Position numbers and translations under genes: made by a program. DNA of 64,000 nt from an uncultured bacterium (lineage in GTDB: Bacteria > Fidelibacterota > Marinisomatia > Marinisomatales > UBA1611): positions 6,122-70,121 of the forward strand of contig CAJVZI010000003.1 of assembly GCA_913020665.1 (NCBI GenBank). Direction: 5' to 3'. Shown here in pieces: positions 12,625-23,016 of this stretch (position 1 is its first letter; every line of letters begins with the position of its first letter). The notes under the pieces are model-generated. The model had not been told where the DNA came from. It ran no database searches and worked only from the letters and a program-made list of their open reading frames with translations.

Positions 12625-15600
12625 ATGAGATCAATTAAAAAGTATTTAATTATGGTGTCCTGCCTATTGGCAGGTGTCTCTGCTTCCGAATGGGTGGATA
12701 TGGGAGGCCCACGTCCGGTACAGCCAACCTGGAATGTCAATTCAATATCAGAGAGCAATATTGAGATCTCTTTTGAGCTCAATGGATATCATCACGAACT
12801 ACTTGAAAATGGTAAAAATCGTATCTCTTTTCCAGGAGGAGTTCCGATCCTTGAAAGAGGTGCCCCTGAAATGCCTCGTATGGCTCGCTCTATTATTATT
12901 CCCGATCTTGCAAATATGGAATTATCAATAATTAGCTCCGAATTTATTGATATCCCTATGGAAAATATTGAGCCATCAAAAGGGAATTTGACCCGTGATG
13001 TCGACCCCACGACCATCCCATACACCTACGGGAAACCATATGAAACAAATGAATTTTATCCATCAGAAATTGCCTTTCTAAGAGACCCCTATATCCTACG
13101 TTCTTTAAGGGGACAGACAATTGTTTATCAGCCTATACAATATAACCCCATAGAAAGAATGCTCAGGGTCTATACAAGTATAGAGATATCTATTCAGCAG
13201 AATGGACAAAGTCAGATCAATCCTCTAACAAGGCGCCCTTATAATGGAGGCTCCAGAGAATTTGAAAATATGTATAAAGATCATTTCATTAACTATAATA
13301 CAGATGAGCGGTATGATGTCCTTAGCGAGCAGGGGCCGATGCTTGTGATCAGCTATGGTGATTTTATGGATGAGATGCAGACATTTGTGGACTGGAAGAA
13401 TTATAAAGGTATCCCCACAGAAATGGTAGATGTAGCAGATGTTGGGGATGTTGATGATATGGCACAGTTGATAGAAGACCAATATTATGAGAATGGTATA
13501 GCATTTGTGTTATTGGTTGGAGATATTGACCAGATAGAGACCATACGAAGATCAAATGGTGCAGGGTCTAACAGTCCTTCTGACAATTCACTTACGTTTG
13601 TAGCGGGCAATGATTATTACCCTGATCTGATCATCGGCCGTTTTTCAGCGGAAACTGGAGACCATGTGGAAACCATGGTTGAGCGAACCATTGCCTATGA
13701 AATGGATCCTGACCCGTCTGCTGATTGGTATAAAAAAGGTTCTGGGTTCGCTTCAAATCAAGGGCCTGGGGATGATGGCGAGGATGATGATGAACACATG
13801 GATAATATCCGCGACCTCTTGCTTGATTATACCTACGATGAAGTTGATCAGATCTATGATCCGGATGGTACTGTTGCACAGGGAGAAGCAGCTTTGAATG
13901 ATGGAAGGTCTATTGTTAATTATACTGGTCATGGTTCTAATGGTTCTTGGGGTAATGGATGCCCAATGAATAATACAGATGTCAATAGCCTAGTAAATAT
14001 GGGTATGTATCCATTTATTTGGTCAGTTGCGTGTGTCAATGGAGAATTTGAGCAGGGAACTTGTTTTGCTGAGACCTGGCTTCGTGCAACCCATTCTGAT
14101 GGCACTCCCACAGGTGCTATCGCAACTCTAATGTCTACGGTTAACCAAGCATGGAACCCTCCGATGGAAGGGCAAGATGAAATGAATGCGATCTTTGTTG
14201 AATCGTATTCTGACAACATTAAACGTACGTTTGGTGGACTTTCTTTTAACGGCATGAATCAAATGAATGATAGCTACGGTTCCCAAGGTTATAATGAGAC
14301 GTATTATTGGACCATTTTTGGAGACCCTTCAGTTGTCGTCCGCTCTGATACTCCAACAGAATTAGAAGTAAGCCATAGTGGCGTGATAATAATAGGTGCG
14401 ACAAGTCTCAGCATTGAAACAGGCGTAAGTGGTGCTCTAGTATCCGTATCAAGAGATGGTGAGCTTCTATCGTCAACATACAGTGACCCATCTGGTAATG
14501 CGGACCTAGAATTTGAGGACGCCTTGAATATTCCTGGCTCTGTTGACCTTGTTGTCACAGCCTATAATAAGATACCATATGAGGAATCGATCAATGTGAT
14601 TGCCCCTGAAGGTGCTTACATGCTTATGGGCGATATAACAGTCAGTGGTGGTGATGATGATGTGCTAGACTATGGTGAAGTTGCGCAGATTTACTCTACA
14701 TTTGAGAATGTAGGCTCAGACCCGTCAGCAGAGTTAACCTTCATACTTTCGAATGAAAGCCCTGTGGTCAATATTATCACACAAGAAATTATCATAGAGT
14801 CTGTTCCTGCAGGTGAAGAAGTAACGATTGGTCCTTTTGATATTGAAGTGGGTTGGAACGTAGAGAATGGTGAAGAGGTCACCTTGACTGTAACAGCTAC
14901 GGATGGCGCTGATATATGGGAATATGATGCAGACGTTATTGTAGAAGCACCTGCATATCAATTGCTTTCAACAGAATATTTTGATAATGGCAATGGGACA
15001 CTAGATCCAGGTGAATCAACTACGCTCCGTGTTGTAATAAAAAATATTGGTCATGCACCGGTCCTTTATCCAACATTTGAGGCAACTACAAGTGATCCCT
15101 ATATTAATCTTGGTAATGTTAGTAGTGATAATGACTATTACTGGGATATAGATACTGACATAACATTGACCATTGAGATCTCGGCTGAGTCAGATGCTCC
15201 TGTTGGACACTCTGCACTCGCGGCACTCGTTATTGGCTCTCTTAATACAGAATATGAGTTTGTTTTTCCATTGCCTATCACACTTGGTATAATGATCGAA
15301 GACTTTGAGACAGGCACATTTCTATCCTATGATTGGTTACATAGTGGTAATTCAGATTGGATCATTGATGCCGATGCTTATTCTGGTGGTTTTTCAGCCA
15401 GGTCTGGTGATATTGGTCATGGCCAAACATCTGAGCTATCTATCAATATGAATATACTTTATGAAGGGGAGATACAATTTTGGTCTAAAGCTTCATCAGA
15501 GCAAGGTGCCTCTGGAACAGTTTATGATTATCTAGAATTTTATATTGATGATCAACCGCAAGACCTGGTGATCGGTGGTGAGATCGATTGGACCGAGTAT

Positions 15601-15918
15601 ACTGTTGACCTTCCTGTTGGTGAGCATTTACTAAGATGGGTGTATGAAAAAGATGATGCACAAAGTTCTGGAGAAGATTGTGCATGGATAGATATGATAC
15701 AGTTCCCAGCTGGAGCCGTTCCGCCATTAAATATAGACTTTGGCGATCTGAATTTTGACAGCATGGTAAATATTCTTGATGTGATAGTGACCGTTAATTA
15801 TGTTGTTGGGCATATTGAATTGAATAATGAACAGATCCAAAATGCTGATATGAATCTTGATGGTGCGATCAATGTATTTGATATCCTGATGATCGTGGAC
15901 CATGCACTTTCTAATTGA
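12625..15918 (+). CDS. secreted peptidase C25 (gingipain-like cysteine protease) with C-terminal 58-aa dockerin-like module
   Basis: It has a signal peptide and a gingipain propeptide-like N-terminus. The C25 core is recognisable (VLLVGDIDQIETIRRSNGAGSNSPSDN ... YYPDLIIGRFSA ... YTGHGS ... WSVACVNGEF). The tail is GDLNFDSMVNILDVI ... NADMNLDGAINVFDILMIVD. Confidence 0.8.
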   Translation: MRSIKKYLIMVSCLLAGVSASEWVDMGGPRPVQPTWNVNSISESNIEISFELNGYHHELLENGKNRISFPGGVPILERGAPEMPRMARSIIIPDLANMELSIISSEFIDIPMENIEPSKGNLTRDVDPTTIPYTYGKPYETNEFYPSEIAFLRDPYILRSLRGQTIVYQPIQYNPIERMLRVYTSIEISIQQNGQSQINPLTRRPYNGGSREFENMYKDHFINYNTDERYDVLSEQGPMLVISYGDFMDEMQTFVDWKNYKGIPTEMVDVADVGDVDDMAQLIEDQYYENGIAFVLLVGDIDQIETIRRSNGAGSNSPSDNSLTFVAGNDYYPDLIIGRFSAETGDHVETMVERTIAYEMDPDPSADWYKKGSGFASNQGPGDDGEDDDEHMDNIRDLLLDYTYDEVDQIYDPDGTVAQGEAALNDGRSIVNYTGHGSNGSWGNGCPMNNTDVNSLVNMGMYPFIWSVACVNGEFEQGTCFAETWLRATHSDGTPTGAIATLMSTVNQAWNPPMEGQDEMNAIFVESYSDNIKRTFGGLSFNGMNQMNDSYGSQGYNETYYWTIFGDPSVVVRSDTPTELEVSHSGVIIIGATSLSIETGVSGALVSVSRDGELLSSTYSDPSGNADLEFEDALNIPGSVDLVVTAYNKIPYEESINVIAPEGAYMLMGDITVSGGDDDVLDYGEVAQIYSTFENVGSDPSAELTFILSNESPVVNIITQEIIIESVPAGEEVTIGPFDIEVGWNVENGEEVTLTVTATDGADIWEYDADVIVEAPAYQLLSTEYFDNGNGTLDPGESTTLRVVIKNIGHAPVLYPTFEATTSDPYINLGNVSSDNDYYWDIDTDITLTIEISAESDAPVGHSALAALVIGSLNTEYEFVFPLPITLGIMIEDFETGTFLSYDWLHSGNSDWIIDADAYSGGFSARSGDIGHGQTSELSINMNILYEGEIQFWSKASSEQGASGTVYDYLEFYIDDQPQDLVIGGEIDWTEYTVDLPVGEHLLRWVYEKDDAQSSGEDCAWIDMIQFPAGAVPPLNIDFGDLNFDSMVNILDVIVTVNYVVGHIELNNEQIQNADMNLDGAINVFDILMIVDHALSN

Positions 15919-15950
15919 TTTAATATAGATTTTAAATGGTACGCAGTTTT

Positions 15951-15976
15951 AGCTCCAGATTTGGAGCTATTTTTTT
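15951..15976 (+). terminator. Rho-independent terminator after the C25 peptidase gene
   Basis: A 7-bp stem (AGCTCCA, loop GATT, TGGAGCT) is followed by ATTTTTTT. It lies 33 nt after the stop codon. Confidence 0.6.
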
Positions 15977-15999
15977 ACCGATATGATAAAAATTAAAAT

Positions 16000-18402
16000 A
16001 TGAATTCTAATTCCAATTCCTGTCTGACCTTCACAGCTGCTGTTTTACTCTTCCATGGTCTTATTCTTGGGAAAACAGATTATTTGAAAAATTTTCACCC
16101 TGATTCATTACGTTTAAAAAAAGTTGACGCTCAAAGATGTGATGAGGCGCCCATAATTGATGGGTATATAACAGATAGCTGTTGGGAGACAACTAGACCT
16201 GTTGATGAGTTCTTTCAAAATGAACCTAAAGAGCTTTCAGTTCCATCAGAGAATACTGTAGCGAGGGTCTGCTTCGATAATGAGGCCTTATATATTTTTA
16301 TAGAGGCCTTTGATTCCCAACCCGAAAATATAAAGAAGACACTTGTGCGTAGAGATAGGTGGATGGATGGATTTGCTAATAATTCTGATTGGGTCGGGGT
16401 TACAATTGACTCAAAGAATGATGATTATAATGGATATTTTTTTGCGGTAAATGCATCTGGGGTCATAATGGACGTTGCACTTTCAGGCGAGTGGGACTAT
16501 GATCCTACATGGAATCCGGTATGGGACGTTGATATCGCTTTTAATGATTCTGGGTGGACCGCAGAATTCAAGTTGCCATTTGCTGTTTTCCAGTTTGAAA
16601 ATAAACCAGATATGGAGTGGGGTATAGAGTTTGAAAGATCGATACATCGATTACAAGAACGCGTTGGATGGCCTGGACGTAGTAAATCTATACGAGGTCT
16701 TATTCTACCTTTGGGTGTATTAAGTGGTATAAATAATATCCCGACGCCTAAACAACTTGAGGTCATACCCTATGGATTGACGGGTTATAGTGATAAGACC
16801 CATGGAAATATTGGACTAGATATGCGCTATGGTTTGACCTCAAACAGCATGATGAAATTAACATTCAACCCCGACTTTGGTCAGGTTGAGGCAGATCCAT
16901 CTGTATTGAACCTTACTGCATTTGAGACCTTCTATGAAGAAAAGCGCCCATTTTTTTCAGAAGGCTCTGAATTCTTTAGCCATCGAATATCGTTATTTAA
17001 TTCAAGAAGGATCGGTAGGAGGCCAAATTATAATATTCCAGATGATGGTGAATTAGAAGGTATTCCCGAGTACACCACCATTCTTGGAGCTAGTAGAATA
17101 ATGGGCAGCACATCATCTGGCATCAATTATGGTTTTATTGGAGCTTTAACAGCAGAAGAATCTGCTACACATGTTGATAGTCTTGGTAATCGTAAGAAGA
17201 TAGTGGTCGAGCCAATGACAAATTACTCTATTGGTCGGATTGAGGTTCCAATGATCAATAAAGTTTCAAGATTTGGTATTATGACAACAAATGTATCAAG
17301 AAAAAATAACCCCGGTGCTAATGTTGTTGGTACAGATTGGGCGTTAGGATTCTACGACAATAGGCTTTACACAAGTGGTCAGCTGATCCAATCGAAAACA
17401 AATGACATAATAGGGAATGCGTATATCTTTAGGTTTGGATATTTAGACCCTAAATGGTGGAGCATTCGTTTTTGGCATGGCAACTCTAATGAAAAGTTTG
17501 ATATCAATGATCTAGGATATATCAGGAGGAGTGGTAATTCCTATGTTGGCGGAAGATTAGAGCTTCGCAAACAAGAACCATGGGGAAGATTTATTAATAA
17601 TAATTTAGAGCTTAAGGTCGATCAAGGATGGAATCAAGATGGGCTAGTAATTGCTAGGGGAATTGATATAGAGCAAGATAATCTATTTTCAAATTATTGG
17701 AGTATGGGTCTTTTTGGAAAAATATTTTTACCGGCATACGAAGATGGAGATATTTTTAGGAATGACAATGCGTGGGCGTATAAAACAGAACTTTGGGGAT
17801 ATGCTGGTCCAAGGTTCACCACTGATCGTCGAAAAAAAGTAGTGATCGAATCTAGTATTGGACTTGGTTATGGAAAAAATAGGGGGCATGGATATCGAGC
17901 TAGCTTGGAATTAGAAATGAAACCGATCGAACCACTTAATATTGAAATAGAAGCTATGCAGGACAGAAGCCCTAATTACATGCAGTGGGTGGATATTTTA
18001 GAAAATATAGATGATACAGTTCGTGTATATGCTAATTCGGTCCTATTAACACGAGATATAACCTTGCGTCTTGATTGGACATTCTCCCCCCAAATGTCTC
18101 TACAGTGTTTTGTGCAACCTTTTTATGCAAATATGGATTATGAGAGGTTTTATCGTTTGCTAGCTCCTAAGACCATGGATCTCCAAGAGTATGATTATCT
18201 TCAAGAGCATGAAGATCCAGATTTTAAGCTTTATAATACTGTAGGTACCTTTGTGTTTCGCTGGGAATATCGTTCTGGAAGTACTTTGTTCTTAGTATAT
18301 AATCTTAATCAAAGTAGATACTATTCTCCATCCGAAAATGAATGGTCTTATGAAAATGAAAATGCATTATATTTTAAAATAAATTACTGGTTTAAAAATT
18401 AA
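16000..18402 (+). CDS. outer-membrane protein, CBM9-like N-terminal domain plus DUF5916-type beta-barrel
   Basis: It has a signal peptide and an N-terminal DGYITDSCWETTRPVDEFFQNEP ... ALYIFIEAFD segment typical of CBM9/DOMON-like modules. The remaining about 550 aa are rich in alternating aromatic/Gly strands and end in YFKINYWFKN. Confidence 0.55.
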   Translation: MNSNSNSCLTFTAAVLLFHGLILGKTDYLKNFHPDSLRLKKVDAQRCDEAPIIDGYITDSCWETTRPVDEFFQNEPKELSVPSENTVARVCFDNEALYIFIEAFDSQPENIKKTLVRRDRWMDGFANNSDWVGVTIDSKNDDYNGYFFAVNASGVIMDVALSGEWDYDPTWNPVWDVDIAFNDSGWTAEFKLPFAVFQFENKPDMEWGIEFERSIHRLQERVGWPGRSKSIRGLILPLGVLSGINNIPTPKQLEVIPYGLTGYSDKTHGNIGLDMRYGLTSNSMMKLTFNPDFGQVEADPSVLNLTAFETFYEEKRPFFSEGSEFFSHRISLFNSRRIGRRPNYNIPDDGELEGIPEYTTILGASRIMGSTSSGINYGFIGALTAEESATHVDSLGNRKKIVVEPMTNYSIGRIEVPMINKVSRFGIMTTNVSRKNNPGANVVGTDWALGFYDNRLYTSGQLIQSKTNDIIGNAYIFRFGYLDPKWWSIRFWHGNSNEKFDINDLGYIRRSGNSYVGGRLELRKQEPWGRFINNNLELKVDQGWNQDGLVIARGIDIEQDNLFSNYWSMGLFGKIFLPAYEDGDIFRNDNAWAYKTELWGYAGPRFTTDRRKKVVIESSIGLGYGKNRGHGYRASLELEMKPIEPLNIEIEAMQDRSPNYMQWVDILENIDDTVRVYANSVLLTRDITLRLDWTFSPQMSLQCFVQPFYANMDYERFYRLLAPKTMDLQEYDYLQEHEDPDFKLYNTVGTFVFRWEYRSGSTLFLVYNLNQSRYYSPSENEWSYENENALYFKINYWFKN

Positions 18403-18420
18403 TTTACTCACCCCCTAGAA

Positions 18421-19122
18421 ATGTTTAGTGATATTATAAATGTTGTGATCTCACTTCCTAGCCAGCATGTGCTCTTTGGTATGATAAGTACTGTTCTTTG
18501 CATCGCTGCAGCATGGGTCTACAGCAATAGTTCTAGTAGAGTCAAACAGGTCATTTTAATGACAATTGGATACCTTGTAATATTTAATGAGATCGTTTTT
18601 CAGGTCTACATGATCTATTATGGCATTTGGTCTTTAAAGACCTCATTACCTATGGAAATGTGTTATTTGTCAGCGTTATTAATACCAGTATATGCAAAAA
18701 ATCAACATATTAGACTGTTAAAGACCTGGTTCTTTTTTGCTGGGTTTGGTGGCTCCCTTTTTGCATTTATAAATACAAATCTCTCTGAGATGGAACACAT
18801 ATACGTATCCATCCATTATTTTTTTGCGCATGGCCTCGTCATTTTTGTAATGTTAAGTATCGTTGTAGATGGATACAGGCCTATGTGGAAAGACTATTTT
18901 ATTGCTATTCAATGGACAACGGTACTTGTTGTTTTTATCATTCTGGTCAATTTGACCCTTGATAGTAATTATATGTTCACCTTTGAAAAACCTGAAGGGG
19001 TTAATTTCACTTTACTTATGCCTGGTTGGCCATATTACTTTTTGATCATGCTTTGCATTGGTCTTGTTTTCTATACATTGATGATGGTAGGCTCTGTTGC
19101 TATAACAAAACGTAATAAATAA
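18421..19122 (+). CDS. multi-pass integral membrane protein of unknown function (possibly YwaF/TIGR02206-like)
   Basis: About 7 hydrophobic segments are visible. The family assignment rests only on size and topology, so it is weak. Confidence 0.5.
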   Translation: MFSDIINVVISLPSQHVLFGMISTVLCIAAAWVYSNSSSRVKQVILMTIGYLVIFNEIVFQVYMIYYGIWSLKTSLPMEMCYLSALLIPVYAKNQHIRLLKTWFFFAGFGGSLFAFINTNLSEMEHIYVSIHYFFAHGLVIFVMLSIVVDGYRPMWKDYFIAIQWTTVLVVFIILVNLTLDSNYMFTFEKPEGVNFTLLMPGWPYYFLIMLCIGLVFYTLMMVGSVAITKRNK

Positions 19123-19138
19123 CGCCCATAACGCCTAT
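19121..19138 (+). promoter_or_regulatory. tandem 9-mer site a (AACGCCCAT AACGCCTAT), candidate operator upstream of the 10-gene lipid operon
   Basis: This is a degenerate copy of the AACGCTCAT x2 motif. It sits 51 nt before the ATG at 19190 and 6 nt upstream of a TTGTAT -35-like hexamer. Confidence 0.45.
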
Positions 19139-19189
19139 TTTATATTGTATTTGAATTATATTTAAAATAAACTAAACATAGACGAAATT

Positions 19190-19711
19190 ATGAAAACTAT
19201 AGTTAATGTTCTTGGATTCAAGTTGAGCTGGTGGGCGTGTGTCCTTGGTGCTGTAAATGGACTGAAGTATCTCGGTCCTGTCGCAATGCTCATATTCTTG
19301 ATCCTTCACTTATATCTAAACTCTACAAACAGATCTGAGCTAAAGCTCATAATCATTTTTGCTTTTGTTGGAACGATCATAGATACTTTGATGGCTTATT
19401 CAAATTTAATTGGATATGTTGGCCTTTATAGTGAGGATATAATCATCGCTCCCTTGTGGATAACTGCTATGTGGTGCGGTTTCTCTGCATTGGTAAATCA
19501 TTCACTTGCATGGCTAAAAGATAAGTGGTCATTGGCATTTCTGTTTGGAGCTATTGGTGGTCCATTAGCATATATAGGAGGAGAAAAACTCGGAGCCATC
19601 TATTTTTATGGAGGTCTTTTCGAGATCTTGGTCATGCTTGGAATAGTCTGGGGAGCAAGCATTCCATTTATGTATTGGGTCAATGACAGACTGGGTCTTG
19701 GAAATAAATGA
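19190..19711 (+). CDS. DUF2878-family small membrane protein
   Basis: It is a four-to-five-TM protein of about 170 aa. Its position at the head of a DUF1365/CFA-synthase cluster matches the usual DUF2878 context. Confidence 0.55.
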   Translation: MKTIVNVLGFKLSWWACVLGAVNGLKYLGPVAMLIFLILHLYLNSTNRSELKLIIIFAFVGTIIDTLMAYSNLIGYVGLYSEDIIIAPLWITAMWCGFSALVNHSLAWLKDKWSLAFLFGAIGGPLAYIGGEKLGAIYFYGGLFEILVMLGIVWGASIPFMYWVNDRLGLGNK

Positions 19712-20415
19712 TCAGATCAATCCAAAAATATAAAATTTTGATATTGATCTTGATATCTAGTTATGGAAATGCTGAAATAAAAGATAACAGGACCGAAGAA
19801 TTATTAAAGACACTCTATAATAATGAAGGTTGGGTTGTTGATAATATTAAAGAGGGCATTTCATTAAGCAGGAAAACAATTGAAAATATGGAACTAACGG
19901 CACTGATGGTAAGACAGAAAATAATGATACCTAAAGAGATCGTACAGAGTGTTATAATGGATGTGAATAACTATGAAAATTTTCTAAATAATAAAGGGCT
20001 TATTTCAAAGGTGATAAATAGGGGTATAAATTGGGTAGATGGCTATCAGTATATTCCTATTGATATTCCGATGATCGCTGATCGTGAATATCTATTTCGA
20101 ATGTATCCTGATGGCCATAATAAAGAGGACACTACCTCCATCATTCATTGGTATTTGCTAAATAAAAAACAGGATGTATTAGTTGAATTGGATGAGAGGC
20201 TAAAAGATGCGGTCTATTTAGATCATGGCGCTGGGCTATGGGTTGCAGAAGAGATCGAGAAAGATACCATAATTTTATCCTATAGAATATATATGGATCC
20301 TGGAGGTTCATTGCCAGATCTATTGATCGATATAATGAACAAGGTCAGCGTTGTGAATGTATTTAAAGATGCTGTCACTGAAGCCCAAAATAGATATAAT
20401 CTAACTATTCAATAA
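19708..20415 (+). CDS. START/SRPBCC lipid-binding domain protein (secreted)
   Basis: It has a signal peptide and START-like spacing (ALMVRQKI ... VMDVNNYENF ... ADREYLFRMY ... YRIYMDPGGSLP). It overlaps the upstream gene through an ATGA. Confidence 0.55.
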   Translation: MIRSIQKYKILILILISSYGNAEIKDNRTEELLKTLYNNEGWVVDNIKEGISLSRKTIENMELTALMVRQKIMIPKEIVQSVIMDVNNYENFLNNKGLISKVINRGINWVDGYQYIPIDIPMIADREYLFRMYPDGHNKEDTTSIIHWYLLNKKQDVLVELDERLKDAVYLDHGAGLWVAEEIEKDTIILSYRIYMDPGGSLPDLLIDIMNKVSVVNVFKDAVTEAQNRYNLTIQ

Positions 20416-20427
20416 TTATATTATATT

Positions 20428-20973
20428 TTGCGATATTTGATTCTTCATATCTTTTTCTTGGTCTCCTTATTAATTATAGGTTGTAATAACAATTTAGATA
20501 AAAGTGAATTATCAGAAATGAAGACAGTTGATTATGTAGATATAGAGCGATTTATGGGTGATTGGTATGTGATCGCTAATATCCCTACTTTTATTGAAAA
20601 AGGAGCAACCAATGCTATAGAGTCATATAAACTTGGTGATAAAGGGGTTATAGAAACAACTTTCACATTTTATCAGGACTCACCCGATGGAGAAAAAAAA
20701 GTTTATAGACCCAAAGGGTTCATATATAATACAGAGACCAACGCTGAATGGAGGATGCAATTTATTTGGCCATTCAAAATGCCATTTTTGATAATCGATC
20801 TAGATGATAATTATCAATTTACTGTTATTGGTTACCCATCTAGGAAGTATGTATGGATCATGGCGCGGGAACCAAAACTATCTGATGAAGTATATGAGGG
20901 TATTTTATCCAATCTTGCTGAAGTCGGGTATGATATATCTCAGATAAATAAAATACTGCAGCAATGGAATTAA
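20428..20973 (+). CDS. blc: bacterial lipocalin (Blc-like outer-membrane lipoprotein)
   Basis: It has a lipobox (LLIIGC), the lipocalin motif FMGDWYVIANIP and a later VIGYPSRKYVWIMAR segment. The start codon is TTG. Confidence 0.8.
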   Translation: MRYLILHIFFLVSLLIIGCNNNLDKSELSEMKTVDYVDIERFMGDWYVIANIPTFIEKGATNAIESYKLGDKGVIETTFTFYQDSPDGEKKVYRPKGFIYNTETNAEWRMQFIWPFKMPFLIIDLDDNYQFTVIGYPSRKYVWIMAREPKLSDEVYEGILSNLAEVGYDISQINKILQQWN

Positions 20974-20982
20974 TATCATAAA

Positions 20983-22233
20983 ATGAAGATCGCAATAATC
21001 GGCTCAGGTATCTCTGGGCTTACTGCAGGATATTTGCTTAGCAGGAACCATGATGTTACAATGTTTGAAAAGAACAATTATATAGGGGGCCATACACATA
21101 CTCATGATATTGAGTATGAAGGAAAAAATTGGGCAGTTGACTCTGGATTTATTGTATATAATGAATGGACCTATCCAAATTTTATTAAACTTCTTGACCA
21201 ACTTGATGTTGAACGTCAAGTAACTAGAATGGGTTTTAGCGTGAAATCTGAGAGTGAAGATCTCGAATATGCTGGACACTCCTTGAATGGACTTTTTGCT
21301 CAAAGGTCCAATCTTATAAGGCCATCTTTTTTAAAGATGTTGTATAATATGAAACGTTTTAACCAAGAGGCCAGAAAAGATCTCGCGGCCATTGATCCTC
21401 AAACAACATTAGGTGAGTATTTATTATCTAATAACTATTCTAATGAATTTATTCAACATTATATAATTCCAATCGGAGCTGCGATCTGGTCAACCGTGCC
21501 TAATAATATGATGAATATTCCTGCTGTTTTCTTCATTAGGTTTTTTGAGAATCACGGCCTATTGCAGATCGTTGATAGACCTGCATGGTGGGTCATAAAG
21601 GGGGGGTCAAAAACATATGTTGAAAAGATCACCTCTGGTTTCAAAGATAGTATAAGGCTTTCGACACCGGTGAAAAATGTGAAACGAGAAAAGGACTCTA
21701 TTATAGTACACTTTGGAAGCGAAGGAGAAAATACAGAAAGCTTTGATGCTATAGTTTTCGCTACACACAGTGACCAGTCCCTTGAAATCTTAGAGCAGCC
21801 AACAAAAGATGAAGAAGAGATACTTGGTGCCATAGAATACCAAAATAATAGTGCGATATTGCACTTCGATGAATCTATCCTTCCCAAAAGAAAAAATGCC
21901 TGGTCCAGCTGGAATTATTTACTTGATCAAGATCAAAATAAGCCTGTGGCTTTAACATACAATATGAATATTTTGCAAGGTCTCACTTGCTCACGAACTT
22001 TCTGTGTAACGTTGAATAGTCAAGATCTGGTTGACCCTGAGAAGGTCATTAAATATCTTAATTATGAACACCCACTCTTCACCGTGCCAAGTATAAATGC
22101 GCAGAAACAAAAACATAAGATCAATGGAGAAAACAACACCTATTATTGCGGAGCATATTGGCGCAATGGATTCCATGAAGATGGGGTGGTCAGTGCGCTG
22201 GATGTATGCAGTCATTTTGGAGAGACATTATGA
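20983..22233 (+). CDS. FAD-dependent oxidoreductase (amine-oxidase / phytoene-desaturase-like fold)
   Basis: The N-terminus has the dinucleotide-binding motif KIAIIGSGISGLTAGYLL ... FEKNNYIGGH. The C-terminal YCGAYWRNGFHEDG segment is typical of the cfa-cluster oxidoreductases. Confidence 0.85.
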   Translation: MKIAIIGSGISGLTAGYLLSRNHDVTMFEKNNYIGGHTHTHDIEYEGKNWAVDSGFIVYNEWTYPNFIKLLDQLDVERQVTRMGFSVKSESEDLEYAGHSLNGLFAQRSNLIRPSFLKMLYNMKRFNQEARKDLAAIDPQTTLGEYLLSNNYSNEFIQHYIIPIGAAIWSTVPNNMMNIPAVFFIRFFENHGLLQIVDRPAWWVIKGGSKTYVEKITSGFKDSIRLSTPVKNVKREKDSIIVHFGSEGENTESFDAIVFATHSDQSLEILEQPTKDEEEILGAIEYQNNSAILHFDESILPKRKNAWSSWNYLLDQDQNKPVALTYNMNILQGLTCSRTFCVTLNSQDLVDPEKVIKYLNYEHPLFTVPSINAQKQKHKINGENNTYYCGAYWRNGFHEDGVVSALDVCSHFGETL

Positions 22234-23012
22234 GTGTGTCTAATAAGAGTTTCATTTTTAGAGGGACTATCCGCCATAGACGTTTTACTCCATTTGATCA
22301 TTTTTTTACCTACCCTTTATTCATGATATATGTTGATCTAAATACGATCAAGGAAACTATCAAACGCTCATGGATGTGGAATATTGACAAACCAGCTATG
22401 ATCTCATTTAATAGAAATGACTATCATGGTGCAGGAAATGGTGATCTTGATTCGGCTGTTCGTAAGACCATATATAAACAAACTGGACATGAGGTTAAAG
22501 GGCCTATACGATTACTCACCCATTTAAGATATTTTGGATATTGTTTTAATCCAGTGAGTTTTTATTATTGTTTTAATGAAAGTGATACAGAGGTCGAACT
22601 GATCATGGCAGAAGTAACAAATACCCCATGGGATGAACGACATTCTTATGTAATAGATAAAAAAGCTAAAAAAGGAAAAGTGGATAATCTTGCAGCGGAT
22701 CTTAAAAAGAAATTACATGTTAGTCCATTTTGGGGGATGGATCATGAATATGAATGGCTTTTTAGTCAACCCAAAAAGAATTTAATGGTCAATATGATCA
22801 ATTATAAAGATGAAGAAAAGGTATTTGATGCCACATTGAATATGAAAAGGATACCATTTACCTTAGGAAACCTACTGAAACAGGTCGCAAGATTTCCATT
22901 TATCACCTTATTGGTTGTCTTTCGAATTCACTGGCAAGCATTTAAACTCTGGCTCAAAAAAGCGCCATATTTTATACATCCTGATAAGATCAAACTAATG
23001 AAAGGCAATTAA
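22230..23012 (+). CDS. DUF1365-family protein
   Basis: It carries GTIRHRRFTPFDHFFTYPLFMIYVDL and RLLTHLRYFGYCFNPVSFYYC, both characteristic of DUF1365. I chose the ATG at 22230, which forms an ATGA overlap with the upstream stop. The track start at 22206 is less likely. Confidence 0.75.
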   Translation: MSVSNKSFIFRGTIRHRRFTPFDHFFTYPLFMIYVDLNTIKETIKRSWMWNIDKPAMISFNRNDYHGAGNGDLDSAVRKTIYKQTGHEVKGPIRLLTHLRYFGYCFNPVSFYYCFNESDTEVELIMAEVTNTPWDERHSYVIDKKAKKGKVDNLAADLKKKLHVSPFWGMDHEYEWLFSQPKKNLMVNMINYKDEEKVFDATLNMKRIPFTLGNLLKQVARFPFITLLVVFRIHWQAFKLWLKKAPYFIHPDKIKLMKGN

Positions 23013-23016
23013 ATAT

